From contig OZ245015.1 of assembly GCA_965223705.1 (NCBI GenBank), positions 320,001 to 384,000 of the forward strand: a stretch of 64,000 nucleotides of DNA, written 5' to 3'. Source of the stretch: Myxococcota bacterium (GTDB lineage Bacteria > Myxococcota_A > UBA9160 > UBA6930). The translations under genes and the position numbers were made by a program. The notes beneath the pieces are model-generated. The model made no database searches, had not been told where the DNA came from, and worked only from the letters and a program-made list of their open reading frames with translations. This document shows positions 19,188 to 29,111 of the stretch, one piece after another (the first letter of the stretch is position 1; every line of letters starts with the position of its first letter).

Positions 19188-19637
19188 CTAGGGCGTTCGG
19201 ACCGTTACGTCGGTGCGAATCGAGTTCGCGATGAAGCATTCCTTGTGAGAAAGCTCGTGAAGCCTCTCGAGATCGGCAGACGTGGGCTGCTTTTCGCCGC
19301 TCCACTCGATCTCCGGACGTAGCTCGATCCGGGTAAGCGCCAACCGCCCGTCCTCGTTTTTTTCGAGATGGCCCTGCGCGTGGTCGACGTATGTTTCTAC
19401 GACGAATCGTTTCCGCGCTGCGAGCGCCAGGAACGTCAGCATGTGGCATGCCGAAACGGAAGCGACGAAGGCCTCTTCTGGATCGACCCGATCGGCATCG
19501 CCTCGGTACGCCGGAGCCGCGGAAGCCGGTACCGCGATGTCGCCCTCGAACTCCCATTCGTGAGCGCGGTTATACGAGTCGTACGTGAAATCGTCCGATG
19601 TCTTCTGCCAGCGCACCGTCGCTTCGTGTACCGACAT
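19188..19637 (-). CDS. OsmC family protein
   Basis: MSVHEATVRW; DPEEAFVASVSACHMLTFL; HKECFIANS. Confidence 0.9.
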   Translation of the reverse strand: MSVHEATVRWQKTSDDFTYDSYNRAHEWEFEGDIAVPASAAPAYRGDADRVDPEEAFVASVSACHMLTFLALAARKRFVVETYVDHAQGHLEKNEDGRLALTRIELRPEIEWSGEKQPTSADLERLHELSHKECFIANSIRTDVTVRTP

Positions 19638-20719
19638 CACAAGCCTCGCTCGGCGAGCACGGTATCGAGTTGGCTCCGCGTCGCTCCGTAAAAGTGTTCG
19701 AGAGTCTTCGTGCGCTTGAAGAAGATATGGGGATCGTATTCCCAGGTGAACCCGACGCCGCCGTGCATCTGGATCGCCTCTCCGCACACCTCTCGGGCGG
19801 CGCGGCCGGCGTAGGCCTTGGCGGTTGCAGCGAGTAGCGCCGCCTCGCTCGGATTGTGGTCGAGGGCCCAAGCCGTTCGATAGACGGTGGCACGGGTGCT
19901 TTCGACCCGCAGCAGCATATCCGCGGCGCGGTGCTGCAGGCCCTGGAAGCTACCCAGGGGCGCCCCGAACGCTTCTCGCTCCTTCAAGTAGTCGAGCGTG
20001 ATTTCGAATGCGCGCTCCATCCCGCCGAGAAGCCACGCAGCGGCGCCAAAGGAACCGAAGAGCGCACCGGCTGCGAGAAGTTCTTCCGATGCGACTCCCT
20101 CCGCGAGAAGTATGCCCGGCTCGTCGAACGTTACGGTCCCAAACCGTTGTGCGTGGTCGACGGTTGGCGTCGCCTCGAAGGACCAACCGCTCGCGGGCCT
20201 CGGGACGAGCGCGAGCCCTTCGTGCGTCGTCACGAGGAGCGCGTCCGCGTCGGCCGCGAAGGGCACGTAGCGCTTCGTTCCTCGGACATGTCCGTTTTCA
20301 AAGCGCGTTTCCGGAGGTGCATCGCCCTCGCCCGACGGATCTTCCGCAGAGGCCAGGGTCACGTGCTTCTCGCCCGAGACGAGACCGTCCCGCCAAGAGA
20401 TGGCTTCCGGGTTCGAGCAGCGCCTGATCAGCTCCAACGCCTGCATACGAGGGAGCGCTGGACCGGGGAGCGCGACGCGACCCATCTCCTCCAGCACCAC
20501 GGCCAACGCGATGTGACCCATATCCGCGCCGCCTTCTTTTTCGGGCAGCCACACACCCAAGTAGCCGAGCTCCGCCAGGTCGGCATAGAGCTTCGGCGGA
20601 TAGCCTTCTGGGCTTTCCTCCATGATCGGCCGCGTGATCTCGAGCGATGCTTCCTTCTCGAGGAATTCGCGCACACTCTGCTTGACCAAGCCGTGTTCTT
20701 CGCTGAGTTCGAAACGCAT
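19637..20719 (-). CDS. Acyl-CoA dehydrogenase family protein (short subunit)
   Basis: REAFGAPLGSFQGLQHRAADM, QMHGGVGFTWE. Confidence 0.9.
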   Translation of the reverse strand: MRFELSEEHGLVKQSVREFLEKEASLEITRPIMEESPEGYPPKLYADLAELGYLGVWLPEKEGGADMGHIALAVVLEEMGRVALPGPALPRMQALELIRRCSNPEAISWRDGLVSGEKHVTLASAEDPSGEGDAPPETRFENGHVRGTKRYVPFAADADALLVTTHEGLALVPRPASGWSFEATPTVDHAQRFGTVTFDEPGILLAEGVASEELLAAGALFGSFGAAAWLLGGMERAFEITLDYLKEREAFGAPLGSFQGLQHRAADMLLRVESTRATVYRTAWALDHNPSEAALLAATAKAYAGRAAREVCGEAIQMHGGVGFTWEYDPHIFFKRTKTLEHFYGATRSQLDTVLAERGL

Positions 20720-20728
20720 AGCCTCTCC

Positions 20729-21904
20729 TTATCGAACCGGCAGCCGAAGGGCGCGTTTCGCAATGATGTTTCGTTGGATCTCAGAAGAGCCCGAGTAGAT
20801 CGTGCCCGCGCGACTCCAGAGGAGCTCGTAACTCCAATCCATTTCCGGACGCGCGCCGGGCGCGTTGCCACTGAGTTGGGCTTCTGCTCCCAGCAGTTCG
20901 ACCGCTGTATCAGCTTGGCGTTTCGCGTATTCGGACCACACGAGCTTCTCGATAGAAGATTCCGGGCCCGGAACGTCGCCCGATGACAGTGTCGCGAGAC
21001 TTCGCAAGCCGTTGGAACGCATGACTTCGTTCTCCACCAGGAGCCACGCGAGTTTTTCCCTCACATCGCGGTTCCCGAGCTGCTCGCGCTCCCTCAGGCC
21101 GTTGATGAGATCGCCGAGATAACGGTCGTTCTTCGCAGGATCGGCCAGCGAAGTGGAACCGCGCTCGTAAGACAAGACCGTCATGGCGATCTTCCAGCCC
21201 TCACCGATGTTTCCGACGATGTGCTCGCGCCTTGCCAGCGCGCCGTCGAAAAATACTTCTCCGAATTCGGCATCTCCCGTGATCTGTCGCAACGAGCGAA
21301 CTTCGACGCCTTCTTCGTCGAGCGGCATCAGGAAGAAAGTGATGCCTCCGTAGCGATCGTCGGGGTCGGTGCGCGCCAAGACGAAGATCCAATCGGCCCA
21401 GGGGCCAAATGTCGTCCAGACCTTTTGGCCCGTGATCCGGTAGTCCTCACCGTCCGGTTCCGCCCGCGTTCGGAGGCTCGCGAGGTCGCTTCCGGCGCTG
21501 GGCTCGCTAAACCCCTGGCACCAAAGCTCGTCGGCGGACAGCATCTTCGGGATGAACCGGCGTCGCTGTTCTTCACTGCCGTGGTGGATCAGGGCGGGCC
21601 CGAGCAGGGCCAGGCCGAGAAAGTTGGGGATCGGCGGCGCATCCGCTCGTTGCATCTCTTCCTGGAAGATCGCCTTTTCGACCACCGTGGCTCCCCGCCC
21701 GCCCCACTCGGTCGGCCAATCCATTCCCAAATATCCGGCCTCGTGCAGCTTGCGCTGAAACGCACGCCGAATTTGGACGAGCTCGTCCGCGCCATGTCTC
21801 GGGTCGGCGATTTCTCGTGAGAAAGGGCGCTCGACTTCCCGCGCCAACCACTCCCGAAGTTCGCTTCGGAAACGCTCGTGGTCGTCGGTGAAAGCTAGAT
21901 CCAT
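20729..21904 (-). CDS. Acyl-CoA dehydrogenase family protein
   Basis: WCQGFSEPSAGSDLASL, GQKVWTT, TIYSGSSEIQRNII. Confidence 0.93.
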   Translation of the reverse strand: MDLAFTDDHERFRSELREWLAREVERPFSREIADPRHGADELVQIRRAFQRKLHEAGYLGMDWPTEWGGRGATVVEKAIFQEEMQRADAPPIPNFLGLALLGPALIHHGSEEQRRRFIPKMLSADELWCQGFSEPSAGSDLASLRTRAEPDGEDYRITGQKVWTTFGPWADWIFVLARTDPDDRYGGITFFLMPLDEEGVEVRSLRQITGDAEFGEVFFDGALARREHIVGNIGEGWKIAMTVLSYERGSTSLADPAKNDRYLGDLINGLREREQLGNRDVREKLAWLLVENEVMRSNGLRSLATLSSGDVPGPESSIEKLVWSEYAKRQADTAVELLGAEAQLSGNAPGARPEMDWSYELLWSRAGTIYSGSSEIQRNIIAKRALRLPVR

Positions 21905-21957
21905 GGCGTTCTCCCTCGGTTCGAAGCCGATCGGAAGCGTGCCATACTTTTCGCCCT

Positions 21958-22734
21958 ATGCCCTTACTCGAGGAAACAGAGCCCCGCGCACAGGCGGTCG
22001 TCAACGAGAACGGAACGTCGCCGTTTTTCCTCACGTGCGATCACGCAAGCGCCCGGATCCCCCGATCCCTGGGAGATCTCGGGGTTTCCGCCGAGAACCG
22101 CCAGCGCCACATCGCCTGGGACATCGGTGCCGCCGGCGTGGCACGCGAACTTTCGCGACTTCTCGACGCGACCCTCGTGCTGCAGAACTACTCGCGGCTC
22201 GTGATCGACTGCAATCGACCTTTCGAGAACCCGGCATCGATTCCGATCGAGAGCGAGGGGGTCGAGATTCCGGGCAATCGCGATGTCACCGAAGGCGACC
22301 GCTTCGCTCGGCAGTCGGAGATTTTCGATCCGTACCATCGGGAGATCCGCGAGTGTCTCGACCGGCGAGAGCGGGTTGGGAAGCCGACGACCTTCGTCGC
22401 GATCCACAGCTTTACGCCTGTCTACCACGGCGTCCCCCGGCCGTGGGACGTCAGCGTTTTGTACCACCGGGAGCGGCGCCTCTCTCGCTTCGTTCTGGAC
22501 AAGCTCGGGGCAGATCCCGAGCTCTGCGTCGGCGACAACCAACCCTACCAAGTCACCGATACCAGCGATTTTGGCATTCCCGTCCACGCGGAGAGGCGCG
22601 GCCTCGCCTGCGCGCTGATCGAGTTTCGGCAGGATCTCGTCGAAGCTCCCGACGGACAGCGCGCCTGGGCGCATCGCCTTGCCGCCTGCCTCGGCGCTTC
22701 TCCGGAGTTCGAGTCGCTACCGCCCGCCGGTTAG
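21958..22734 (+). CDS. N-formylglutamate amidohydrolase
   Basis: CDHAS, HIAWDIG, YSRLVIDCNR, HSFTP, IEFRQD. Confidence 0.9.
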   Translation: MPLLEETEPRAQAVVNENGTSPFFLTCDHASARIPRSLGDLGVSAENRQRHIAWDIGAAGVARELSRLLDATLVLQNYSRLVIDCNRPFENPASIPIESEGVEIPGNRDVTEGDRFARQSEIFDPYHREIRECLDRRERVGKPTTFVAIHSFTPVYHGVPRPWDVSVLYHRERRLSRFVLDKLGADPELCVGDNQPYQVTDTSDFGIPVHAERRGLACALIEFRQDLVEAPDGQRAWAHRLAACLGASPEFESLPPAG

Positions 22735-24060
22735 GTTGGACACGCTGAAGAGCCGACGCACCTGCGACGGCTTGACTTTCGGGACCTCGACTTCGTCCGC
22801 CCAAACGAGGCTGCCGTTCTCCTTGGCAAGGTTGATCGCGACGCCGCTCTGCCAGTGGGCGACGGTCTGCGCCGGCGACGGTTCGCTGTCGACATCGTCG
22901 CCCGGCCAGCGATAGGTCGAGTAGAGGATCTTGAACAGGTTGTCTTCGCGGTCGAAGATGAGCGCCATCGGAATGTTGAAATTCTCGCGGTCGACGAACA
23001 TCAGCTTTCGGCCGTAGGGGTGCTCAGGCAGGGTGGAGCGCTGTTCCACCACATAGCAGTCCCGGAGCTGCCAGCGGTCTTTCGGGATCCAACTTCCCGG
23101 CCCGTAGAACTTCGCGTGCTCGCCCTTTGAATCCGCGACGTGAAGCACGCGTTTGCGCCCGTGATACGACCACTCGTAGTCGAGCACCCGGCCCGAGAAA
23201 CCTTCGAAATCGTCGAGCGTAAACTCTGATCCGACGAAACTGTCCGCCCGTTCTTTCGGCGACAGGCGTCGCACGCGCCGCTCCGTCGGAAGGTACGAGT
23301 TCACCTGATCTTCTTCGAATGCGTCGAGCGGCCGCTCGATGACGAACGTGCTGCCCCGCATCTCAAAAGGATGTGTGAAGGTGATGAGTTCCTTGTAGTG
23401 GAGCGTGTCGGACCCGTCGACGTCGAGAGCAAAATCCTGACCGTCGAGCATCGCGAGTTTGCTCAAATAGACCCGCTGATACCGCTCGATCAGGTGGCGT
23501 TCGACGAGACCGCCGCCGACCAGTGCGCGATCGACGTCCGTGTTTCGCCCCTGGCGTTCTCCGGGCTTCAGATAGACCAAGTGGATCGAGTCCGACGCGT
23601 AGCCGTAGTATTGCCACCGATAGACGCGATTCCACGCCACCATGTACGCCGCGTCTTCGGGAGGCGCCTCGAGAATCCTGTCGTGGGAGAACGGCTGTCC
23701 CGAAACGTAGTGACCGAGGCTTCGGTCCTCGCGGAGCACCGTCTGCTCGCCGTACTGGATGCTGGCATCGCGATACGCCGCGTGTGGGCTGAAGGACTGC
23801 GTTTCCTGAATCTCGGCTTCAAACTCGGGAAATTCGAGTTGAGAAAGGAAGCCCGGGGGCATCCAGGGAGCGAGCCGCTCGAGGTTCGAGCTCGCGACGA
23901 CGGTTCCTTCGGAAAGGTTCACTTCCGCGTTTCGATGCTCATCCAGCCAGGCGAGAATCTCAGACCACGTCGGCGCGGCGTCCGCGCTCGTCGCGAGGGC
24001 CACATAAAAAAGCCCCGCGAGGGGCCACCAGCGTCGACTCAAATGTTCATTCCCCGCCAC
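22717..24060 (-). CDS. DUF1329 family periplasmic protein
   Basis: Signal peptide; YLPTERRVRRL, DDFEGF, WQLRDCYVVE, HPYGRK. Confidence 0.8.
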   Translation of the reverse strand: MAGNEHLSRRWWPLAGLFYVALATSADAAPTWSEILAWLDEHRNAEVNLSEGTVVASSNLERLAPWMPPGFLSQLEFPEFEAEIQETQSFSPHAAYRDASIQYGEQTVLREDRSLGHYVSGQPFSHDRILEAPPEDAAYMVAWNRVYRWQYYGYASDSIHLVYLKPGERQGRNTDVDRALVGGGLVERHLIERYQRVYLSKLAMLDGQDFALDVDGSDTLHYKELITFTHPFEMRGSTFVIERPLDAFEEDQVNSYLPTERRVRRLSPKERADSFVGSEFTLDDFEGFSGRVLDYEWSYHGRKRVLHVADSKGEHAKFYGPGSWIPKDRWQLRDCYVVEQRSTLPEHPYGRKLMFVDRENFNIPMALIFDREDNLFKILYSTYRWPGDDVDSEPSPAQTVAHWQSGVAINLAKENGSLVWADEVEVPKVKPSQVRRLFSVSNLTGGR

Positions 24061-24401
24061 GCGCGTTCGTCAGGCAAAGCTTCGAGCGTCTCCGTCAACT
24101 GATCGATCAAGCCACCGCACACGACTTCGCAGAGCTCGACCACCGTCGCGTCGACTATACGGTAAAAACCGCGGTTGCCCTCGGAGCGACGGGAAACGAT
24201 CCCTTCTCGGCGGAGGATCGCGAGTTGACGCGAAACCGTCGGTTGGTCGAATTCGGCCGCGTCGGCCAGATCGCCGACCGACATCTCTCCGTCCATCAGC
24301 AGATTGAGCAGCTTGAGTCGCGACGGATCGCCCAGACAGCGAAAGCGAGCTGCGACGATCTTCAGCGCTTCCTCGGTCAAACGTTGAGACTTGCGAGCCA
24401 T
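24039..24401 (-). CDS. ArsR/SmtB family transcriptional regulator
   Basis: FRCLGDPSRLKLL, QPTVSRQLAILRREGIV, C-terminal LCEVVC. Confidence 0.9.
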   Translation of the reverse strand: MARKSQRLTEEALKIVAARFRCLGDPSRLKLLNLLMDGEMSVGDLADAAEFDQPTVSRQLAILRREGIVSRRSEGNRGFYRIVDATVVELCEVVCGGLIDQLTETLEALPDERAWRGMNI

Positions 24402-24488
24402 CTAGCATACGTATACTGACAAAAATCATATATAGCAATATGCGAATATATTCATATAATAGGCGCAATCACTTGAGGAGGGTCTCAG
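24402..24488. promoter_or_regulatory. Divergent AT-rich promoter/operator between arsR and sqr
   Basis: AT-rich island; palindrome GAATATATTC 24444-24453; TATAAT 24455-24460; GAGGAGG RBS. Confidence 0.7.
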
Positions 24489-25679
24489 ATGACGCATCAC
24501 GTCCTGATCGTTGGCGGCGGGAGCGCGGGTATCACCACGGCGGCGCTGCTCCGGAGAAAAGGCATTACCGAAATTTCGGTGCTCGAGCCGTCCAGCTCCC
24601 ATTACTACCAGCCCGCTTGGACCCTTGTTGGAGGTGGAGTGATTGCCCGGGAGAAAACCGTCCGGCCGACGGCCAGCGTCATGCCCTCCGGTGTGCGCTG
24701 GATCCAAGACCGCGCGAAGAGCTTTGATCCTGTCGCGAATCGACTCGACACGGAACACAACGGTTCGTTGACCTACGACTTTCTCGTGGTCGCGCCGGGA
24801 CTGCAGCTCGATTGGGATGCCATACCGGGCCTGCGCGAAGGTCTCGAAACACCGCATGTGTCGAGTATCTACAGCTTCGAGGGTGCGACGAAGACCTGGG
24901 AGATGCTCGAGCGCACCAAGAGCGGGGACGCGGTCTTCACCTGCCCGCCCATGCCGATCAAGTGCGCGGGCGCGCCTCAGAAGATCGCGTATCTCATGGC
25001 GGATCACTTGCGTCGCAAGGGGCTCAAGGGTGGCTGTCGCGTTCGCTATGCGACGGCGTTGCCCGTGATCTTCGGCGTCAAGGAATACGCCGACCTCTTG
25101 ATCGACATCGCCGCGCGCGCGGACGTCGACGTGCTCTATCAGCATCAGCTCAGCGCGATCGATGCGGCGGCACGGGAAGCGAGCTTCACCGTGACGCGCG
25201 GGGAAGAGAAGATCACGGAGCGGCTTCCCTACGCGGCGCTTCACGTCACCCCGCCCCAAAGCGCCCCGGACTTCATCAAGCAGAGCCCCCTCGCAGGAGA
25301 GAGCCCGGCCGGGTGGATGGCCGTCGACAAGCACACGCTGCGGCACGTCCGTTACGAAAACGTCTTCGGGCTCGGCGATGTCACCGACACGCCGAACGCC
25401 AAAACCGGAGCGGCGATCCGGCATCAAGCACCGGTTCTTGTCGACAACTTGTGTGCGCAAATGGAAGGCCGCTCGTTGCCCGCGTCGTACGGCGGCTACG
25501 GGGCCTGTCCCCTCGTTACGGCCTACGGGAAGATGCTCCTCGCCGAGTTTGACTACACCGGCAAGCCGACTCCGACGCTGCCCATCGACACAATGCGCGA
25601 GCGCTATTCGATGTGGCTACTGAAACGCTACGGGCTGCCCTGGTTCTATTGGAACCGCATGCTGCGCGGTCACTGTTAA
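24489..25679 (+). CDS. sqr: Sulfide:quinone oxidoreductase (type II-like)
   Basis: GGGSAG, HYYQPAWTLVGGG, PIKCAGAPQK, GYGACPLVT...LAEF. Confidence 0.92.
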   Translation: MTHHVLIVGGGSAGITTAALLRRKGITEISVLEPSSSHYYQPAWTLVGGGVIAREKTVRPTASVMPSGVRWIQDRAKSFDPVANRLDTEHNGSLTYDFLVVAPGLQLDWDAIPGLREGLETPHVSSIYSFEGATKTWEMLERTKSGDAVFTCPPMPIKCAGAPQKIAYLMADHLRRKGLKGGCRVRYATALPVIFGVKEYADLLIDIAARADVDVLYQHQLSAIDAAAREASFTVTRGEEKITERLPYAALHVTPPQSAPDFIKQSPLAGESPAGWMAVDKHTLRHVRYENVFGLGDVTDTPNAKTGAAIRHQAPVLVDNLCAQMEGRSLPASYGGYGACPLVTAYGKMLLAEFDYTGKPTPTLPIDTMRERYSMWLLKRYGLPWFYWNRMLRGHC

Positions 25680-25688
25680 GGAGATCCG

Positions 25689-26105
25689 ATGACGAACTTT
25701 ACCCCCGTCTCCGCATTGCTCGGAGGTTTGATGATCGGTGCCGCGGCAGCGGGCCTCTTGATGTTGCACGGGCGCATCGCCGGAATCAGCGGAATTCTGG
25801 GCGGTGCCCTGACTGGGGACGACCGCGGTTTCCGCTGGGCGTTCTTGGTCGGCTTGCCCCTCGGCGCCGTCCTCGTGTCCGCCCTGCAGGGCGGCGTCAC
25901 GGTCCAGGTCGAAGGCTCTACCGCACTTCTCGTTACGGCGGGACTCCTGGTCGGTGTCGGAACCCAACTCGGGAGCGGATGCACCAGCGGCCACGGCGTC
26001 TGTGGTCTGGCGCGGCGTTCGCCCCGATCACTCATCGCGACCGTCACGTTCATGGGGGTCGCGGCCCTCGTCGTCTACCTCATGCATGTCATCGGAGTTC
26101 GCTGA
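25689..26105 (+). CDS. YeeE/YedE family sulfur transporter subunit
   Basis: GRIAGISGI, GSGCTSGHGVCG. Confidence 0.92.
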   Translation: MTNFTPVSALLGGLMIGAAAAGLLMLHGRIAGISGILGGALTGDDRGFRWAFLVGLPLGAVLVSALQGGVTVQVEGSTALLVTAGLLVGVGTQLGSGCTSGHGVCGLARRSPRSLIATVTFMGVAALVVYLMHVIGVR

Positions 26106-26548
26106 TGGTTCGTCTTGTTGCGGCCTTGTGCTTGGGAGTTCTGTTTGGTGTCGGCTTGACGGTTTCGCAGATGGTCAATCCGGCGAAGGTGATCGGTTTC
26201 CTCGACGTGACCGGAAACTGGGATCCGAGTCTGGCTTTCGTCATGGGCGGAGCTTTGATGGTGACGATCCCCATGTTCGCTCTGGCAAAAAAGCGAGAGG
26301 GGCCGCTTCTCGCGCAGCGGTTCCAGTGGCCGAGCCGAACCGACATCGACCCCCGCCTGATCGGCGGGGCGGCAGCGTTCGGAATCGGTTGGGGGCTCGC
26401 TGGGTTTTGCCCCGGACCGGCTCTGGCATCGCTCGGTTTAGGTGAGACGGCGGCGTACCCGTTCGTGATCGCGATGCTCGCCGGAACCTGGCTGGCACGT
26501 GCTGCCTTGTCGGGGGGAACGTTCGCGCAACCACAGGAGTCACGATGA
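26105..26548 (+). CDS. YeeE/YedE (DUF6691-type) sulfur transporter subunit
   Basis: ATG 26105; SQMVNPAKVIGFLD, WDPSL, GWGLAGFCPGPA. Confidence 0.92.
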   Translation: MVRLVAALCLGVLFGVGLTVSQMVNPAKVIGFLDVTGNWDPSLAFVMGGALMVTIPMFALAKKREGPLLAQRFQWPSRTDIDPRLIGGAAAFGIGWGLAGFCPGPALASLGLGETAAYPFVIAMLAGTWLARAALSGGTFAQPQESR

Positions 26549-27333
26549 TCTTTCGGCAGCTGTACGACCCCGAGACGTCGACGTACACGTACTTACTCGC
26601 GGACGAAGCGAGTCGCGAGGCCGTGCTCATCGATACGGTCCGAGAGCAGTTCGATCGCGACACCCGTCTCCTGAAAGAGCTCGACCTCAAACTCACGTAC
26701 ACACTCGAAACCCACGTGCATGCCGACCACGTGACCGCGTCCGGTCGTCTTCGCGAAGCGTTGGGATCGAAAGTGACGGTCTCTGCGCGTTCTCAGGTCG
26801 AGAACGCCGATTTGATGCTCGAAGATGGGACGAGCGTTGGGTTCGGCAGCTACACGCTGACCGCCCGTGCAACACCCGGTCACACCGCGGGATGCATGAC
26901 CTTCGTTTGTCAAGAAGCGGGAATGGCGTTTACCGGCGACGCGCTTCTGATCCGAGGGTGCGGAAGAACCGATTTCCAAGAAGGCGATCCCCGAACACTG
27001 TACCGCTCGGTCCACGACGTCATTTTCTCTCTTCCCGAGGACACGCTTCTCTACCCTGGCCACGACTATCAGGGACGAATGGTTTCGACGGTGCGCGAAG
27101 AGCGGCGTTTCAACGCGCGCCTCGGCTCGGGTAAGAGCGAAGGCGACTTCGTCGAGATCATGAACGGGTTGAATCTCGCCTATCCGAAACGGATCGACGA
27201 AGCGGTTCCGGCCAACCTTGTGTCCGGGCTATTGCCGCCGCGGGAGACGCCGGAAGACACGTCGGTGGCCGGCGTGATGGAGAAACTGGGCCGCCAAGAC
27301 GCCTACGTGTTTTCTCAAGGTGCGGGCATCTAG
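26545..27333 (+). CDS. pdo: Persulfide dioxygenase (ETHE1-like MBL hydrolase)
   Basis: STYTYLL, ETHVHADHVT, TPGHT, GDALLIRGCGRTDFQ, YPGHDY. Confidence 0.92.
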   Translation: MIFRQLYDPETSTYTYLLADEASREAVLIDTVREQFDRDTRLLKELDLKLTYTLETHVHADHVTASGRLREALGSKVTVSARSQVENADLMLEDGTSVGFGSYTLTARATPGHTAGCMTFVCQEAGMAFTGDALLIRGCGRTDFQEGDPRTLYRSVHDVIFSLPEDTLLYPGHDYQGRMVSTVREERRFNARLGSGKSEGDFVEIMNGLNLAYPKRIDEAVPANLVSGLLPPRETPEDTSVAGVMEKLGRQDAYVFSQGAGI

Positions 27334-28943
27334 TGACCAACTTCGGTTTCGTCATCGACAATCGCTCCTGTATCGGATGCCACGCTTGTTCGACGGCTTG
27401 CAAGAGTGAAAACGAGGTCCCTCTGGGTGTCTATCGCACGTGGGTCAAGTCCACGGAGACGGGCGCGTGGCCGGATACCCAGCGTCATTTCCAGGTCACC
27501 CGCTGCAACCATTGTGCGAATCCGCCGTGTGTGAGGATCTGCCCGACCCAGGCGATGTATCAGCGCGACGATGGCATCGTCGAGTTTGACAATGACATGT
27601 GCATCGGTTGCAAGGCTTGCTTGCAAGCGTGTCCTTACGACGCGATTCACATCGATCCCGAGACGAATACGGCGGCGAAGTGTCACTACTGCTCGCATCG
27701 GACCGACCGCGGTCTCGAGCCGGCGTGCGTCGTGGTCTGTCCGACCCACGCGATCTTGGCAGGCGACATGGACGACCCGGAATCCGAAATCAGTCGCACG
27801 CTCGCCCGCGAGAAAGTGTCCGTGCGCAAGCCCGAACAAGGGACCGCGCCAAAGCTCTTCTACATCGACGGCGCGGCGGTCAATCTCGTACCGACGGCAG
27901 CCGAAACCTCCTCGACCTTCGTTTGGGCCGATGTGACAGAGCCGCGAGGATCGGGAGAGGAGCACGCTTCGCCTTCCGCGCCGCAGCGGAATCGCCGCGG
28001 AAAAGAGCTGCGGGCCCCCGACCCGCAAGGGCTTCCCCGCGGTGGTCCGATTCAGATCGGCGGCGGTCGCATGGCGGACCATATGGTTCAGGTGGGCTAC
28101 AACGCGCAGCACCGCGTGCCGTGGCACTGGCCCGTTCCCGCGTATCTCGTGACGAAGGCGATCGGCGCCGGCGTCTTTGCCGTCGCGGCCGTCCTGTGGC
28201 TCCTGGGCTATCCGGTCAACCCGTCGACGGCACTCGGGGTCTCTGCGGTCTCGGTTCTCGCGCTACTCGCGACCACGGCGCTTCTCGTGTTCGATCTCGA
28301 ACGGCCGGAACGCTTCCTGTTCGTGGTGCTGCGCGGCCAGTACCGCTCGTGGCTCGCGCGCGGGAGTCTCTGCCTCATCGGGTTCTCAACCCTCGCTGGG
28401 CTGTGGTTTCTCGCCGAGCTCGCCGATGTATCGGTCGTCCGGTCCGCACTGTGGATCGCAGGGCTTCCGTTCGCGCTACTGACGGCGGTGTACACCGCGT
28501 TCTTGTTCGGCCAGGCGGAAGGCCGAGATCTATGGCAAAGCCCGTTGCTCCCCTTCCACATGGCGCTCCAGTCGGTCATGGTGGGCGGAGCGACGCTGCT
28601 GCTCGTTGCGACGGCAACCGGCTCGCCGGCGAGTGTTGTCGAGGCGGCGCGAGCCGTTTTCGCGGGCGCACTTCTCGGAAATCTCGCGATCACTCTGTTT
28701 TGCGAGTTCGGCATGTCTCACGCGAGCGAAGTTGCCGCGCGAGCGGCTCACGAGATGTCTCGCGGAGAGTTCTCGCGTTGGTTTTGGCTGGGCGGCGTCG
28801 TCGTCGGTCATGCGGTCCCGCTCTTTCTCCTCGCGTTCAGTTCGAGCGTGAGCGACTTCGGAGCCGGCTTCGCGACGATCGCGGGCCTCTACGCGTACGA
28901 ATACGCCTTGGTCATGGCGCCCCAACACGTTCCGAACTCCTAG
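27333..28943 (+). CDS. Fused 4Fe-4S dicluster electron-transfer subunit + NrfD/PsrC membrane anchor
   Basis: CIGCHACSTAC, CNHC..PPCVRICP, CIGCKACLQACP, KCHYC..PACVVVCP; then multi-TM region with DLERPERF, SWLARG. Confidence 0.9.
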   Translation: MTNFGFVIDNRSCIGCHACSTACKSENEVPLGVYRTWVKSTETGAWPDTQRHFQVTRCNHCANPPCVRICPTQAMYQRDDGIVEFDNDMCIGCKACLQACPYDAIHIDPETNTAAKCHYCSHRTDRGLEPACVVVCPTHAILAGDMDDPESEISRTLAREKVSVRKPEQGTAPKLFYIDGAAVNLVPTAAETSSTFVWADVTEPRGSGEEHASPSAPQRNRRGKELRAPDPQGLPRGGPIQIGGGRMADHMVQVGYNAQHRVPWHWPVPAYLVTKAIGAGVFAVAAVLWLLGYPVNPSTALGVSAVSVLALLATTALLVFDLERPERFLFVVLRGQYRSWLARGSLCLIGFSTLAGLWFLAELADVSVVRSALWIAGLPFALLTAVYTAFLFGQAEGRDLWQSPLLPFHMALQSVMVGGATLLLVATATGSPASVVEAARAVFAGALLGNLAITLFCEFGMSHASEVAARAAHEMSRGEFSRWFWLGGVVVGHAVPLFLLAFSSSVSDFGAGFATIAGLYAYEYALVMAPQHVPNS

Positions 28944-29111
28944 GAGGGACTGCCCATCTCATCCCATGCCGACACGCGGACCTTTCTGGCCCGACTGAAG
29001 CAACTGGGCTTCCCGGTCGCGAAGCCGACAGCTCGCACCGAGGCCCCCGAGTTTTCAGAAAGCGAAACGGAGCCCCAGGATCTCCTCGAGGTCAAGCACC
29101 CCGATGGGCGG

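Noticed and set aside
28941..28943. Pyrrolysine recoding of the in-frame TAG between NrfD and the Mo subunit
   Set aside because: No pyl genes or methylamine methyltransferase context; an SD directly overlaps the stop, favouring reinitiation.
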